Source: Barrientosiimonas humi
Lineage (GTDB): Bacteria; Actinomycetota; Actinomycetes; Actinomycetales; Dermatophilaceae
Reading direction: 5' to 3'
NCBI RefSeq assembly: GCF_006716095.1
Contig: NZ_VFOK01000001.1
Coordinates: 835,375-899,374, forward strand
DNA: 64,000 nucleotides
Positions 18,603-28,514 of this stretch are shown in pieces. Each line of letters opens with the position of its first letter. Position 1 is the stretch's first letter. The notes beneath the pieces are model-generated. The model saw nothing but the letters and a program-made list of their open reading frames with translations. It was not told the origin of the DNA and searched no databases. A program made the translations under genes and the position numbers.

Positions 18603-19298
18603 TCATGCGGGCGGGGTGGCCTCCAGGCGGTATCCCTGGCCCGGCTCGGTGACCAGCAGGCGCGGGGCGGCGGGGTCGTCCTCGAGCTTGCGGCGCAGCT
18701 GGGAGACGTAGACCCGCAGGTAGTGCGACTGCCGGTCGTAGCCCACGCCCCACACCCGCCGCAGCAGCTCCTGCTGGCTGACCAGGTGGCCGGGCCGCTC
18801 GGCCAGCACGTCGAGCATCGACCACTCGGTGGGTGTGAGGTGCACGTCCTGCCCGCCGCGGCGGGCGGTGCGCTCGGCGAAGTCGAGCTCGACGTCGGCG
18901 GTGCGCAGCGGGGCCGGCCGGTGCTCGCCGGGCTGCAGCCGCCGCTCGGCCACCCGGATGCGGGCGAGCAGCTCCTCGACGCCGAACGGCTTGGTGACGA
19001 AGTCGTCGGCGCCGGCGTCGAGCGCCTCGACCTTGTCGTCGGAGTCGTGCCGGGCCGACAGCACGATGACGGGGATCTGGGTACGTCCGCGCAGCCGGCG
19101 GATGACCTCGACGCCGTCGACGTCGGGCAGGCCCAGGTCGAGCACCACCAGGTCGGGCGGCTGGGGCGAGTCCAGTACCTCCTGCAGCGCCGAGCGTCCG
19201 TCGTGCACCTGCGCGACGGAGTAGCCGTGCGCCCGCAGCGTGATGCCGAGCGTGCGGACGATGGCGGCCTCGTCGTCGACGACCAGGACGTGGGTCAC
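18603..19298 (-). CDS. kdpE: two-component response regulator KdpE (OmpR family)
   Basis: receiver domain (VLVVDDE...DLVVLDLGLPD) + winged-helix output; GTG start overlaps kdpD stop (GTGA). Confidence 0.9.
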   Translation of the reverse strand: MTHVLVVDDEAAIVRTLGITLRAHGYSVAQVHDGRSALQEVLDSPQPPDLVVLDLGLPDVDGVEVIRRLRGRTQIPVIVLSARHDSDDKVEALDAGADDFVTKPFGVEELLARIRVAERRLQPGEHRPAPLRTADVELDFAERTARRGGQDVHLTPTEWSMLDVLAERPGHLVSQQELLRRVWGVGYDRQSHYLRVYVSQLRRKLEDDPAAPRLLVTEPGQGYRLEATPPA

Positions 19299-21820
19299 GG
19301 GGTCTCCTCGGGAGGATCGCTGGGGGTCGCGGGCAGCTGCAGCACCATGGTCAGCCCGCCGCCCGGGGTGTCCTCGGCGGTGAGGCTGCCACGCATCGTC
19401 TCGGCGAGGCCCCGGGCCACCGCGAGGCCCAGGCCGACGCCCGACCCGCGCGGCGCGTCGCCGAGCCGCTGGAACGGCGCGAACAGGCGCTCCTGCTGGT
19501 CGGCCGGCACCCCGGGGCCACGGTCGACGACCCGGATCTCGACGGCGGCGCCGACGCGCCCCGCGTCGATGCGCACGCCGTGCCGGCCGCCGTGCTGCAC
19601 GGCGTTGTCGACGACGTTGCCGAGCACCCGCTCGGCAAGGCCCACGTCGGCGACGCACACCAGGTCGGGGGCCACGTCGACCTCCACGCGGCCGCGGCCC
19701 GCGAGGCCGGCGAGGGCCAGGTCGACCAGCTCGGACGCCTCGACCGGCACCAGGTGCGGGCGCACCGAGTCGGACTGCAGGCGCGACAGGTCGAGCAGGT
19801 TGCCGATCAGCCCGTCGAGCCGGTCGGCGGAGTCCTCGACGGTCTCCAGCAGCTCGGCGCGGTCCTGGGCGCTGAGGTCCACGTCGGTGAGCCGCAGCCC
19901 GCCGACGCCGGCCTTGATCGCGGCGAGCGGGGTGCGCAGGTCGTGCGACACGGCGGCCAGCAGCGCCCCGCGCGCCTTGTTGTCCTGGGCGAGCCGGCCG
20001 GCCTCCTGGGCCGCGGCCGCGAGCGCCCGGGAGCGGATCGCTGCCGCGGCGTGGCTGGCGACCGCCTCGACCAGCCGGCGCTCCCGCCCGCTCGGGGCCG
20101 GTGCGCGCAGCGCGAGCGCGTGCCGCTCATCGATGGTCGCGGTCGTCAGCTCGCCCGGACCGTCCAGGTCACCGACCGTCGCGACGGGCCCCTGCAGGGT
20201 GCCGCTCGCGGTGCGCCGCAGCACCCCCGCGCCCCGTGCGTCGAACAGCTCGCGGGTGGCGGTGAGCAGGTCGGTCAGCGGGTCGCGGGCGTCGATCAGC
20301 GTGTGCGCCAGGTCGGCGAGGAGGCGCGACTCGCGCTCGGCCGCCAGCGCGAGGCGGGCACGTTGCTCGGCCAGGTGCACGACCGAGGCCACCGCGACGG
20401 CCACGAGCACGAAAAGCGTGACGGCAGCGATGTTCTCGGGCTCGCTGATGGTCAGGGTGTATCTCGGGTCGGTGAAGAACCAGTTGATCAGCAGGCTCGA
20501 CACGACGGCCGCGACCACGGCCGGCAGCAGCCCGCCGACGATGGCGACGAGCACGGTGAGCGCCAGGTAGAGCAGCATCTCCAGCGGCAGCTCGTGGCTG
20601 CCGCTGGTCAGCGTCAGCACCCAGGTGAGCAGCGCGGCGCCGAGCGTGGCGAGCAGCCAGCCGGCGAGCGTACGTCCTCGGCCGAGCGAGCCTGCCGAGC
20701 GCGGCCGTCGCACCGCTCGCGACTCCGGGTGGGAGACCATCAGCACGTCGATGTCGCCCGAGCCGCGCACCACCTGCTCGCCCACCCCCTGGCTGAGCAG
20801 GCTCTGCCAGGCCGACCGGCGGCTGGCGCCGATGACGATCTGCGAGGCGTTGATGCCGCGGGCGAAGTCGAGGATTGAGCGGGCCACGTCGGAGCCGGTG
20901 ACGACGTGCATCTCGCCGCCGAGCTCGTGGGTGAGCTCCCGGGCGGCCGCGAGCGACTCGGCGGGGGAGTCGCGCAGGCCCGAGTCGGGAATCACCTTGA
21001 CCGCGAACAGCTTTCCGCCCGCGCCGCGGGCGGCGATGCGTGCTCCGCGGCGCAGCAGCACCTCCTGCTCGGGGCCGCCGGTGAGCGCCACGAGCACCCG
21101 TTCGCGGGTGGCCCAGGTCTGCTCGATGCGCTGCTCGTCGCGGTAGTGCTCCAGGTGCTCGTCGACCCGGTCGGCGACCCACAGCAGCGCCAGCTCGCGC
21201 AGCGCGGAGAGGTTGCCGGGGCGGAAGTAGTTCGACAGCGCCGCGTCGACCCGCTCGGCGGGGTAGACGTTGCCGTGGGCGAGCCGGCGGCGCAGCGCCT
21301 CCGGGCTCATGTCGACCAGCTCGACCTGGTCGGCCGCGCGCACCACCTCGTCGGGCACCGTCTCGCGCTGCCGCACCCCGGTGATGCCGGCGACGGCGTC
21401 GTTGAGCGACTCCAGGTGCTGCACGTTGACGGTCGAGATCACGTCGATCCCGGCGTCGAGCAGCTCCTCGACGTCCTGCCAGCGGCGCCGGTGGCGCGAG
21501 CCGGAGGCGTTGGTGTGCGCGAGCTCGTCGACCAGGCACACCTGCGGTGCGCGGCGCAGCACCGCGTCGACGTCGAGCTCGTCGACGGTGCGGTTGCCGT
21601 GCGCGACAGCGACCCGGGGGAGCACCTCCAGCCCCGCGAGCGCGTCGGCCGTGCGGGCCCGCCCGTGGGTCTCGACGACGCCGACGACCACGTCGGTGCC
21701 CCGGTCGCGGCGGCGGCGCCCCTCGCCGAGCATGGCGACGGTCTTGCCCACACCGGGGGCAGCGCCCAGATAGATGCGCAGTCGTCCGCGAGCCACCCCG
21801 CGATTGTGCCCGGCCGCCAC
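19295..21820 (-). CDS. kdpD: osmosensitive K+ channel sensor histidine kinase KdpD
   Basis: N-terminal KdpD domain with Walker A (GAAPGVGKT), Usp domain, 4 TM, HisKA/HATPase (SHDLRTP...); GTG start 1 nt after kdpC stop; track ORF is 5'-overextended. Confidence 0.9.
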   Translation of the reverse strand: MAAGHNRGVARGRLRIYLGAAPGVGKTVAMLGEGRRRRDRGTDVVVGVVETHGRARTADALAGLEVLPRVAVAHGNRTVDELDVDAVLRRAPQVCLVDELAHTNASGSRHRRRWQDVEELLDAGIDVISTVNVQHLESLNDAVAGITGVRQRETVPDEVVRAADQVELVDMSPEALRRRLAHGNVYPAERVDAALSNYFRPGNLSALRELALLWVADRVDEHLEHYRDEQRIEQTWATRERVLVALTGGPEQEVLLRRGARIAARGAGGKLFAVKVIPDSGLRDSPAESLAAARELTHELGGEMHVVTGSDVARSILDFARGINASQIVIGASRRSAWQSLLSQGVGEQVVRGSGDIDVLMVSHPESRAVRRPRSAGSLGRGRTLAGWLLATLGAALLTWVLTLTSGSHELPLEMLLYLALTVLVAIVGGLLPAVVAAVVSSLLINWFFTDPRYTLTISEPENIAAVTLFVLVAVAVASVVHLAEQRARLALAAERESRLLADLAHTLIDARDPLTDLLTATRELFDARGAGVLRRTASGTLQGPVATVGDLDGPGELTTATIDERHALALRAPAPSGRERRLVEAVASHAAAAIRSRALAAAAQEAGRLAQDNKARGALLAAVSHDLRTPLAAIKAGVGGLRLTDVDLSAQDRAELLETVEDSADRLDGLIGNLLDLSRLQSDSVRPHLVPVEASELVDLALAGLAGRGRVEVDVAPDLVCVADVGLAERVLGNVVDNAVQHGGRHGVRIDAGRVGAAVEIRVVDRGPGVPADQQERLFAPFQRLGDAPRGSGVGLGLAVARGLAETMRGSLTAEDTPGGGLTMVLQLPATPSDPPEETP

Positions 21821-21821
21821 G

Positions 21822-22415
21822 TCAGCCCCGCGCGGCCACCCGCGCGAGGGCGAGGTTGAGCTGCAGCACGTTGACCCGTGGCTGCCCGAGGAAGCCCAGC
21901 GTCGGGTGCTGGGTCTGCTGACGTACGAGCGCGGCCACCTGGGTGCTCGGCAGCCCGCGGGCGGTCGCGACCCGGGCCACCTGCCCGTCGGCCGCCTCCG
22001 GCGTGATGTGCGGGTCGAGCCCGCTGCCGCTCGCGGTGAGCAGGTCGGGTGTCGCGGCGCCACCGAGCGCCGCGCGCCGCTGCGCCACGTCGGCCTGCAG
22101 GTCGGGGCTGGAGGCGGGCAGGTTGGACCCGCCGCTGGTGTCGCCCGCGTGGTCCGAGGCCGACGGTCGGGAGTGGAACCACTGCGCCCCGGTCCACCGC
22201 TGGCCCAGCAGCGAGGAGCCGACGACCCGCCCGTCGACCCGCACGAGCGACCCCTCGGCCTGGTCGCGCAGCCCGACCTGGCCGACGGCCCAGACGGCGC
22301 CGGGGTAGGCGACCCCGAGCAGGACGGTGAGCAGCAGCAGCACGCGCAGCGCGGCGGTGCCCTGCCGCACGACGGCGGCGGACCGGGAGGTGGTGCTTCG
22401 GAGCATGGCGATCAC
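21822..22415 (-). CDS. kdpC: K+-transporting ATPase subunit C
   Basis: ~196 aa with N-terminal TM ([18 protein letters not shown]) and KdpC core; GTG start overlapping kdpB stop (alternative ATG at 22406). Confidence 0.85.
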   Translation of the reverse strand: MIAMLRSTTSRSAAVVRQGTAALRVLLLLTVLLGVAYPGAVWAVGQVGLRDQAEGSLVRVDGRVVGSSLLGQRWTGAQWFHSRPSASDHAGDTSGGSNLPASSPDLQADVAQRRAALGGAATPDLLTASGSGLDPHITPEAADGQVARVATARGLPSTQVAALVRQQTQHPTLGFLGQPRVNVLQLNLALARVAARG

Positions 22416-24424
22416 AGTCCTGGGAGTGCGGAGACGAACAGGTCGATGAGCTTGATGCCGACGAACGGCGTGACGACGCCGCCGAGGCCGTACACCAGCA
22501 GGTTGCGTCGGAGCAGCGCCCCGACCGGCATCGGTCGATAGCGAACGCCCTTGAGCGCCAACGGGATCAGCGCCACGATCACGAGCGCGTTGAAGATGAC
22601 CGCCGAGAGCATCGCCGACTCCGGGGAGCCGAGCCGCATGATGTTCAGCGCCTCCAGGCCCGGGTAGGTCGCGACGAACATCGCGGGGATGATCGCGAAG
22701 TACTTCGCGAGGTCGTTGGCGATGGAGAACGTCGTGAGGGCGCCGCGGGTGATCAGCAGCTGCTTCCCGATGGCGACGATGTCGATCAGCTTGGTCGGGT
22801 CGGAGTCGAGGTCGACCATGTTGCCGGCCTCCTTCGCGGCCGAGGTGCCGGTGTTCATCGCCACGCCGACGTCGGCCTGGGCGAGCGCCGGCGCGTCGTT
22901 GGTGCCGTCGCCGGTCATCGCGACGAGCCGGCCCCCGGCCTGCTCCTGGGTGATGAGCCGCAGCTTGTCCTCCGGCGTCGCCTCGGCGAGCACGTCGTCG
23001 ACCCCGGCCTCGGCGGCGATCGAGGCGGCGGTGCGCGCGTTGTCGCCGGTCACCATCACCGTGCGGATGCCCATGCTGCGCAGCTCGGCGAACCGGTCGG
23101 CGAGGCCGGGCTTGACCACGTCCTTCAGGTGCAGCACGCCTACGGCGACCGGGTGCTCGTCGACCCCGTGCACGGCGACGAGCAGCGGGGTGCCGCCCTG
23201 CTCGGCGATGCGGTCGGTGATCGCGTCCACGGCGTCGTCGCAGGTGCCGCCGTGCTCCACGATCCACGCGCGCACCGCGCCGGTCGCACCCTTGCGCACC
23301 TGGGTGCCGTCGGGCAGGTCGACGCCGCTCATGCGGGTCTGCGCGCTGAACGGCACGTCGACCGCGCCCCGGGGGCAGCGCGGCGCGGCGGGCAGCTGCG
23401 CCGCGCACCAGTCGACGATCGAGCGGCCCTCGGGCGTGGTGTCGGTCTGCGACGACAGGTGCGCCAGCTCCTGCGCGCGCCGGGCCGGCGTGCCGCCGAG
23501 CGGGTGGAGGGCGTACGCCTGGCGGTTGCCGAGCGTGATGGTGCCGGTCTTGTCCAGCAGCAGCGTGCCGACGTCGCCCGCGGCCTCGACCGCGCGGCCG
23601 CTCGTCGCGAGCACGTTGTGCTGCACGAGCCGGTCCATGCCGGCGATGCCGATCGCCGACAGCAGCGCCCCGATGGTCGTCGGGATGAGGCAGACGAGCA
23701 GCGCGACGAGCACGATCACCGACGGCGGCTCGCCGGTGAGGCCCGCGAGCGGCGGGACCGTCGCGACCGCGAGCAGGAAGATGATCGTCAGGACGATCAG
23801 CAGGATGCCGAGCGCCACCTCGTTGGGCGTCTTCTGCCGCGCGGCGCCCTCGACCAGGGAGATCATCCGGTCCAGGAACGAGCGGCCCGGCTCCGCGGTG
23901 ACCCGCACGACGATCCGGTCGGACAGCACCGTGGTGCCGCCGGTCACCGCGCACCGGTCGCCGCCGGCCTCGCGGACGACCGGGGCCGACTCGCCGGTGA
24001 TCGCCGACTCGTCGACGGTGGCCATCCCCTCGACCACGTCGCCGTCGCCGGGGATCACCTCGCCGGCGGTGACCACCACCCGGTCGCCGACCCGCAGGTC
24101 GGCGCCGGCGACCTCCTCCTCGCCGCCGGCCGGGAGCAGCCGGCGGGCCGTGGTCGTGGTGCGGGTGCGGCGCAGCGAGTCGGCCTGGGCGCGTCCGCGG
24201 CCCTCGGCGACCGCCTCGGCGAGGTTGGCGAACAGGATCGTCAGCCACAGCCACACCGTGACCGACACGCTGAAGACGCCGGGGTGCAGCACCGACAGCG
24301 CCGTGGTGAGCACCGCCCCGACCCACACGACGAACATCACCGGCGAGCGGAACAGGTGGACGGGGTTGAGCTTGCGCAGCGCCGCGGGGAGCTGGGCGGC
24401 GCCGAGGGTGAGCAGCTGGGTCAT
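22412..24424 (-). CDS. kdpB: K+-transporting P-type ATPase subunit B
   Basis: 670 aa; DKTGT phosphorylation motif, TGDN, GDGTND; the track's 1073-aa ORF also contains an out-of-frame shadow of kdpA. Confidence 0.95.
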   Translation of the reverse strand: MTQLLTLGAAQLPAALRKLNPVHLFRSPVMFVVWVGAVLTTALSVLHPGVFSVSVTVWLWLTILFANLAEAVAEGRGRAQADSLRRTRTTTTARRLLPAGGEEEVAGADLRVGDRVVVTAGEVIPGDGDVVEGMATVDESAITGESAPVVREAGGDRCAVTGGTTVLSDRIVVRVTAEPGRSFLDRMISLVEGAARQKTPNEVALGILLIVLTIIFLLAVATVPPLAGLTGEPPSVIVLVALLVCLIPTTIGALLSAIGIAGMDRLVQHNVLATSGRAVEAAGDVGTLLLDKTGTITLGNRQAYALHPLGGTPARRAQELAHLSSQTDTTPEGRSIVDWCAAQLPAAPRCPRGAVDVPFSAQTRMSGVDLPDGTQVRKGATGAVRAWIVEHGGTCDDAVDAITDRIAEQGGTPLLVAVHGVDEHPVAVGVLHLKDVVKPGLADRFAELRSMGIRTVMVTGDNARTAASIAAEAGVDDVLAEATPEDKLRLITQEQAGGRLVAMTGDGTNDAPALAQADVGVAMNTGTSAAKEAGNMVDLDSDPTKLIDIVAIGKQLLITRGALTTFSIANDLAKYFAIIPAMFVATYPGLEALNIMRLGSPESAMLSAVIFNALVIVALIPLALKGVRYRPMPVGALLRRNLLVYGLGGVVTPFVGIKLIDLFVSALPGL

Positions 24425-26058
24425 GACAGGGCCTCCGCGAGCGGACCGAGGGCGAGGGCGGGCAGGAAGGTGAGGCCGGCGACGAGCAGCGCAACCCCCA
24501 CCATCAGCCCGGAGAACAGCGGGGTGTGCGTCGGCATGGACGACGCAGTGGCCGGCGAACGGCGTTGTGCCGCAAGGGATCCCGCGAGCGCCAGGACGAG
24601 CACCACGGGCAGGTAGCGGCCGAGCAGCATGCACGTCGCCAGGGCCAGGTTCAGCACCGGCTGGTCGGCGCTCAGCCCGGCATAGGCGCTGCCGTTGTTG
24701 TTCGAGGCCGACGCGAAGGCGTACAGCATCGTGGTGAGCCCGTGCGCGCCGTCGTCGGCGACGGCCGCCCGCGACGCCGGGACGACCAGCGCCAGGCCGG
24801 TGCCGAGCAGCACCAGCGCGGGGGCGGTGATGAGCGCGAGCGAGGTGCAGGTGATCTCCCGGCGCCCGATGCGCTTGCCGAGCAGCTCGGGCGTGCGGCC
24901 CACCATGAGGCCGGCCAGGAAGACGGTGAGGGTGGCGAGCAGGAACGCGCCGTACATCCCCGAGCCGACGCCGCCGGGCGACACCTCGCCGAGCAGCATG
25001 TTGAGCAGGAGGGTGCCGCCGCCGATGGGCGAGTAGCTCTCGTGCATCGAGTTGACCGCGCCCGTCGAGGTGCCGGTCGTGGAGGTGGCGAACAGCGCGG
25101 AGCCGAAGATCCCGAAGCGCACCTCCTTGCCCTCCATGCCGCCGAGCGGCCCTGTGGCTGCACGGGACTCGGCGATCGTCGTGATCGTCAGCGCGGCGGC
25201 CCAGAGGGTGACCATGAAGCCGAGCACGGCCCAGCCCTGACGGCGGTCGCCCACCATCAGGCCGTACGTCCTCGGCAGCGCGAACGGGATGAGCAGGATC
25301 AGGAAGATCTCGAGCAGGTTGGTGACGGCGTTGGGGTTCTCGAAGGGGTGCGCGGAGTTGGCGTTGAAGTAGCCGCCGCCGTTGGTGCCGAGGAGCTTGA
25401 TGGCCTCCTGGCTCGCCACCAGGCCGCCGTTGATCTGCTGCTGCCCGCCGCCGAGCGTGCCGACCGTGGTGGGCGCGTCGAGGTTCTGGATCACCCCGCC
25501 GGCCAGCAGCAGCACCGCACCGACCGCCGCGACCGGCAGCAGCACGCGCACGGCGACCCGGGTGAGGTCGACCCAGAAGTTTCCGACCGTGCCCGACCCG
25601 TCGCGGGCCACGCCGCGGATCAGCGCCGCGCACACCGCGATGCCGACCGCCGCCGACACGAAGTTCTGGATCGTCAGGCCGAGCGTCTGCACCAGGCGCG
25701 AGGCGCCGGTCTCACCGCCGTAGCTCTGCCAGTTGGTGTTGGTGACGAACGAGACGGCGGTGTTGAGCGCGCCGGTGCGCGACTGCGACTCGCCGCTGCT
25801 CAGCGGCAGCCGGCCCTGCAGCAGCACCAGTGCGGTGAGCAGCGCGATGCTGACGACCGCGAGCGCCAGGCAGGCGATGGCATACGTCGACCAGCGTTGC
25901 TGCGACTGCGGATTCACGCCCGAGAGGCGATAGACGACGCGCTCGACGGCGAGGTGCCGGTCGCTGGTCAGCACCCGCGCGAGATAGCCGCCGAGGCTCA
26001 GGTGCGCGACGGCGAGCGCCAGCACCAGGGTCGCGAGGGTGAGCACCGCGCCCGGCAT
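24421..26058 (-). CDS. kdpA: K+-transporting ATPase subunit A
   Basis: 545-aa polytopic protein with conserved KdpA N-terminus; ATG overlaps kdpF stop, stop overlaps kdpB start. Confidence 0.95.
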   Translation of the reverse strand: MPGAVLTLATLVLALAVAHLSLGGYLARVLTSDRHLAVERVVYRLSGVNPQSQQRWSTYAIACLALAVVSIALLTALVLLQGRLPLSSGESQSRTGALNTAVSFVTNTNWQSYGGETGASRLVQTLGLTIQNFVSAAVGIAVCAALIRGVARDGSGTVGNFWVDLTRVAVRVLLPVAAVGAVLLLAGGVIQNLDAPTTVGTLGGGQQQINGGLVASQEAIKLLGTNGGGYFNANSAHPFENPNAVTNLLEIFLILLIPFALPRTYGLMVGDRRQGWAVLGFMVTLWAAALTITTIAESRAATGPLGGMEGKEVRFGIFGSALFATSTTGTSTGAVNSMHESYSPIGGGTLLLNMLLGEVSPGGVGSGMYGAFLLATLTVFLAGLMVGRTPELLGKRIGRREITCTSLALITAPALVLLGTGLALVVPASRAAVADDGAHGLTTMLYAFASASNNNGSAYAGLSADQPVLNLALATCMLLGRYLPVVLVLALAGSLAAQRRSPATASSMPTHTPLFSGLMVGVALLVAGLTFLPALALGPLAEALS

Positions 26059-26144
26059 CAGAACTTCTCCGGGTGCAGGAGGGCGTACAGCAGATAGACG
26101 AGGAGGCCGGCAGCGACGACGCCGGCGACAAACAGCTCAGGCAT
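26058..26144 (-). CDS. kdpF: K+-transporting ATPase subunit F (28 aa; absent from ORF track)
   Basis: translates to MPELFVAGVVAAGLLVYLLYALLHPEKF, a single TM helix with the KdpF C-terminal aromatic/PEKF end; TGA overlaps kdpA ATG (TGATG). Confidence 0.7.
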   Translation of the reverse strand: MPELFVAGVVAAGLLVYLLYALLHPEKF

Positions 26145-26196
26145 GCGTGCAGCGTCTGCCCGACGCCGGTCACGCCCGCCCCGCTTGACGCGACCT

Positions 26197-27240
26197 TCAC
26201 ACGTCTTGACGGGATCTTGAGGTGTCCTCGGGGGAGTCCGCGGGGAGGGCGCCGGCGTCGGCGAGCTCGGCGCGGATGTCCTCGACCATCGCGCGCACGG
26301 CGGGCTCGCCCTCGACCGGGCCGCCGGCGAGCAGCCCGTCGGCGCCCAGCAGCACCGCGGAGGGGTTGGCGAACAGGCGCAGCACCCGGGCGACGTTGAG
26401 GTCCAGGTCGTAGAGGGCGTACGGCGCGGCGGCGGGCGCCAGCTCGGCCACCCGCTCGGGGTCGGCGTCGAACAGCGCCCGCACCGCGACGACTCCGCCG
26501 AGCTGCTCCTCCCAGACGCGCAGGTCGGGGGCGATGCGGGTGCACGGGCCGCAGCCGGGGCTCAGCGCCACGAGCAGCGCGGGACGCTCGGTGGCCAGCT
26601 CGTGCAGCGTGAGCTGGGTGCCTTCGGGCGTGCGGGTCTGGCCGTAGGGGATCGGGTGGCGGACGTAGTCGAGCTCGCCGGCGTCGTCGCCGGGCTCCGC
26701 GGCCGGTGCCGCAGCCGGTGCCGCCGGCTCGCCGCTGCCGCCGAGGCTGAGCGTGCAGACCGCCGCCGCCAGCGCGGCACCGAGCAGCCACAGCCACCAC
26801 TGGTCGAGGTCGGCGAGCGCGGACGGCACGCTCACCCCGCGCAGCGCGCCGACCAGGGCCAGCACTCCCGCGAGCACCAGCAGCGTGTTGCGCACCAGGG
26901 TGCGGCCGGTGATCGTGTGCGCGCCGAGCCGGCCGAAGCAGCCGCAGCGCACCGGGTGCTCGAAGCGCAGGGCACGGGCCACGACCAGCCAGTACGCCAG
27001 CAGCAGCGCGAGCGTCGCGCTCGCCACCACGACGAGCAGCGGCGCCGGGCTCACCAGCAGCGCGACGCCGAGCACCAGCTCGGCGGGCGCGAGCAGCGCC
27101 GGCGCCCACGACGGCGCGTCGACACGCAGCGCGCCGAAGGCGTCGGCGGTGGCCTGGCGCTCGCGCAGCTTGGCCGCGCCGCTGACCAGCAGGATCAGCG
27201 CGCAGGTCAGGACCGGGAGGACGAGGGCGAGCTCGGGCAC
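26197..27240 (-). CDS. MauE/DoxX-like membrane domain fused to a thioredoxin-like (TlpA-type) domain, CGPC active site
   Basis: N-terminal 4 TM with CGCFG in a helix; C-terminal thioredoxin fold with SPGCGPC. Confidence 0.65.
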   Translation of the reverse strand: MPELALVLPVLTCALILLVSGAAKLRERQATADAFGALRVDAPSWAPALLAPAELVLGVALLVSPAPLLVVVASATLALLLAYWLVVARALRFEHPVRCGCFGRLGAHTITGRTLVRNTLLVLAGVLALVGALRGVSVPSALADLDQWWLWLLGAALAAAVCTLSLGGSGEPAAPAAAPAAEPGDDAGELDYVRHPIPYGQTRTPEGTQLTLHELATERPALLVALSPGCGPCTRIAPDLRVWEEQLGGVVAVRALFDADPERVAELAPAAAPYALYDLDLNVARVLRLFANPSAVLLGADGLLAGGPVEGEPAVRAMVEDIRAELADAGALPADSPEDTSRSRQDV

Positions 27241-27288
27241 CGGGTCATCATCGCAAGGGCCCCGCCCCGTGGGTGCGAAGATCGCCGA

Positions 27289-28479
27289 TCAGGCGGAGGC
27301 GTCGAGCTCCTCGATGGTGGCCAGGCTCGGCCCGCGGGTCTGCTGCAGGTCACGGGCCACGGCCTCGGCGTCGCGCAGCACCCGCAGCACGTTGCCGCCC
27401 GCGACCTTGGCGAGGTCGTCGTCGCTCCAGCCCCGCTCGCGCAGCGCCTCGAGCACCGCGGGGTAGCGGCTGACGTCCTCGAGGCCGACCGGCAGCCCCG
27501 GCACGCCGTCGTAGTCGCCGCCGACGCCGATGTGGTCGATGCCGGCCACCTCACGGATGTGCACGAAGTGGGCCACGACGTCGTCGATGGTGGCGGTCGG
27601 CATCGGGTGGGTGCGCTGGTACTCCTGCGCGAACCGCTCGAACGCGTCGAGGTCGCTGGGCTTGACGCCCTGGGCGCGGGCCGCCTCCGTCGCCTCGCGG
27701 CGGTACTCCGCGCACGCGGGCGAGACGAACGCCGGCACGAAGGTCGCCATGATCACGCCGTTCCGGTCGCGCAGCGTCTCGAGCACGTCGTCGGGGGCGT
27801 TGCGCGGGCTGTCGGCGACGGCGCGGGCGCTGGAGTGGCTGAAGATGACCGGCGCCTCGCTCGCGGCCAGCGCGTCGCGCATGGTGTCGGCGGACACGTG
27901 GGACAGGTCGACGAGCATGCCGGTGCGGTTCATCTCGCGCACCACCTCGACGCCGAACCGGGAGAGCCCGCCGAGCACCGGCTCGTCGGTGGCGGAGTCG
28001 GCCCACGGCACGTTGTCGTTGTGGGTGAGCGTGAGATAGCGCACGCCGAGGACGTACATCATGCGCAGGGTCGCGAGCGAGGAGCTGATCGAGTGGCCGC
28101 CCTCGGCGCCGAGCAGCGAGGCGATGCGCCCGGAGCGGAACACCTCCAGCACCTCGTCGGCCGTGCGCGCGATGCCGAGGTCGTCGGGGTAGCGACCGAC
28201 CAGCTGGTGGACGGCGTCGATCTGCTCCAGCGTGGCGCTGACGGCGGTGTCGCCGGTGAGCGAGGCGGGGACGAACACCGACCAGAACTGCCCGCCGACG
28301 CATCCCTTGCGCAACCGCGGGATGTCGGTGTGCGTCCGGTCGCTGGTGTCGCCGGAGACGTCGAGCCGGTCGAAGTCGTACCGCACCGACTGGCGCGCGG
28401 CCCACGGCAGGTCGTTGTGCCCGTCGATCAGCGGGTGCTCGCGGAGCAGGTCGGTGATGTCGCGCCGGGTCTCGGTCAT
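27289..28479 (-). CDS. membrane dipeptidase (peptidase family M19)
   Basis: 396 aa, renal-dipeptidase signature (IDGHNDLP...DLSH...). Confidence 0.85.
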   Translation of the reverse strand: MTETRRDITDLLREHPLIDGHNDLPWAARQSVRYDFDRLDVSGDTSDRTHTDIPRLRKGCVGGQFWSVFVPASLTGDTAVSATLEQIDAVHQLVGRYPDDLGIARTADEVLEVFRSGRIASLLGAEGGHSISSSLATLRMMYVLGVRYLTLTHNDNVPWADSATDEPVLGGLSRFGVEVVREMNRTGMLVDLSHVSADTMRDALAASEAPVIFSHSSARAVADSPRNAPDDVLETLRDRNGVIMATFVPAFVSPACAEYRREATEAARAQGVKPSDLDAFERFAQEYQRTHPMPTATIDDVVAHFVHIREVAGIDHIGVGGDYDGVPGLPVGLEDVSRYPAVLEALRERGWSDDDLAKVAGGNVLRVLRDAEAVARDLQQTRGPSLATIEELDASA

Positions 28480-28514
28480 GGAGGCAATCAGACCACGCTC
28501 ACTAGAGTGGCCGC

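Noticed and set aside
22412-25633. 1073-aa ORF that looks like a KdpA-KdpB fusion
   Set aside because: Residues 1-~400 are an out-of-frame shadow of kdpA. KdpB proper starts at the Met in VMTQLLTLG (24424) and overlaps the kdpA stop.
26145-26196. c-di-AMP (ydaO-type) riboswitch in front of kdp
   Set aside because: Only ~52 nt separate kdpF from the upstream gene, which is too short. Regulation is evidently by the adjacent kdpDE.
28480-28514. Imperfect palindrome CACTagAGTG between the dipeptidase gene and rimO
   Set aside because: Only 4-bp arms, with no recurrence elsewhere.
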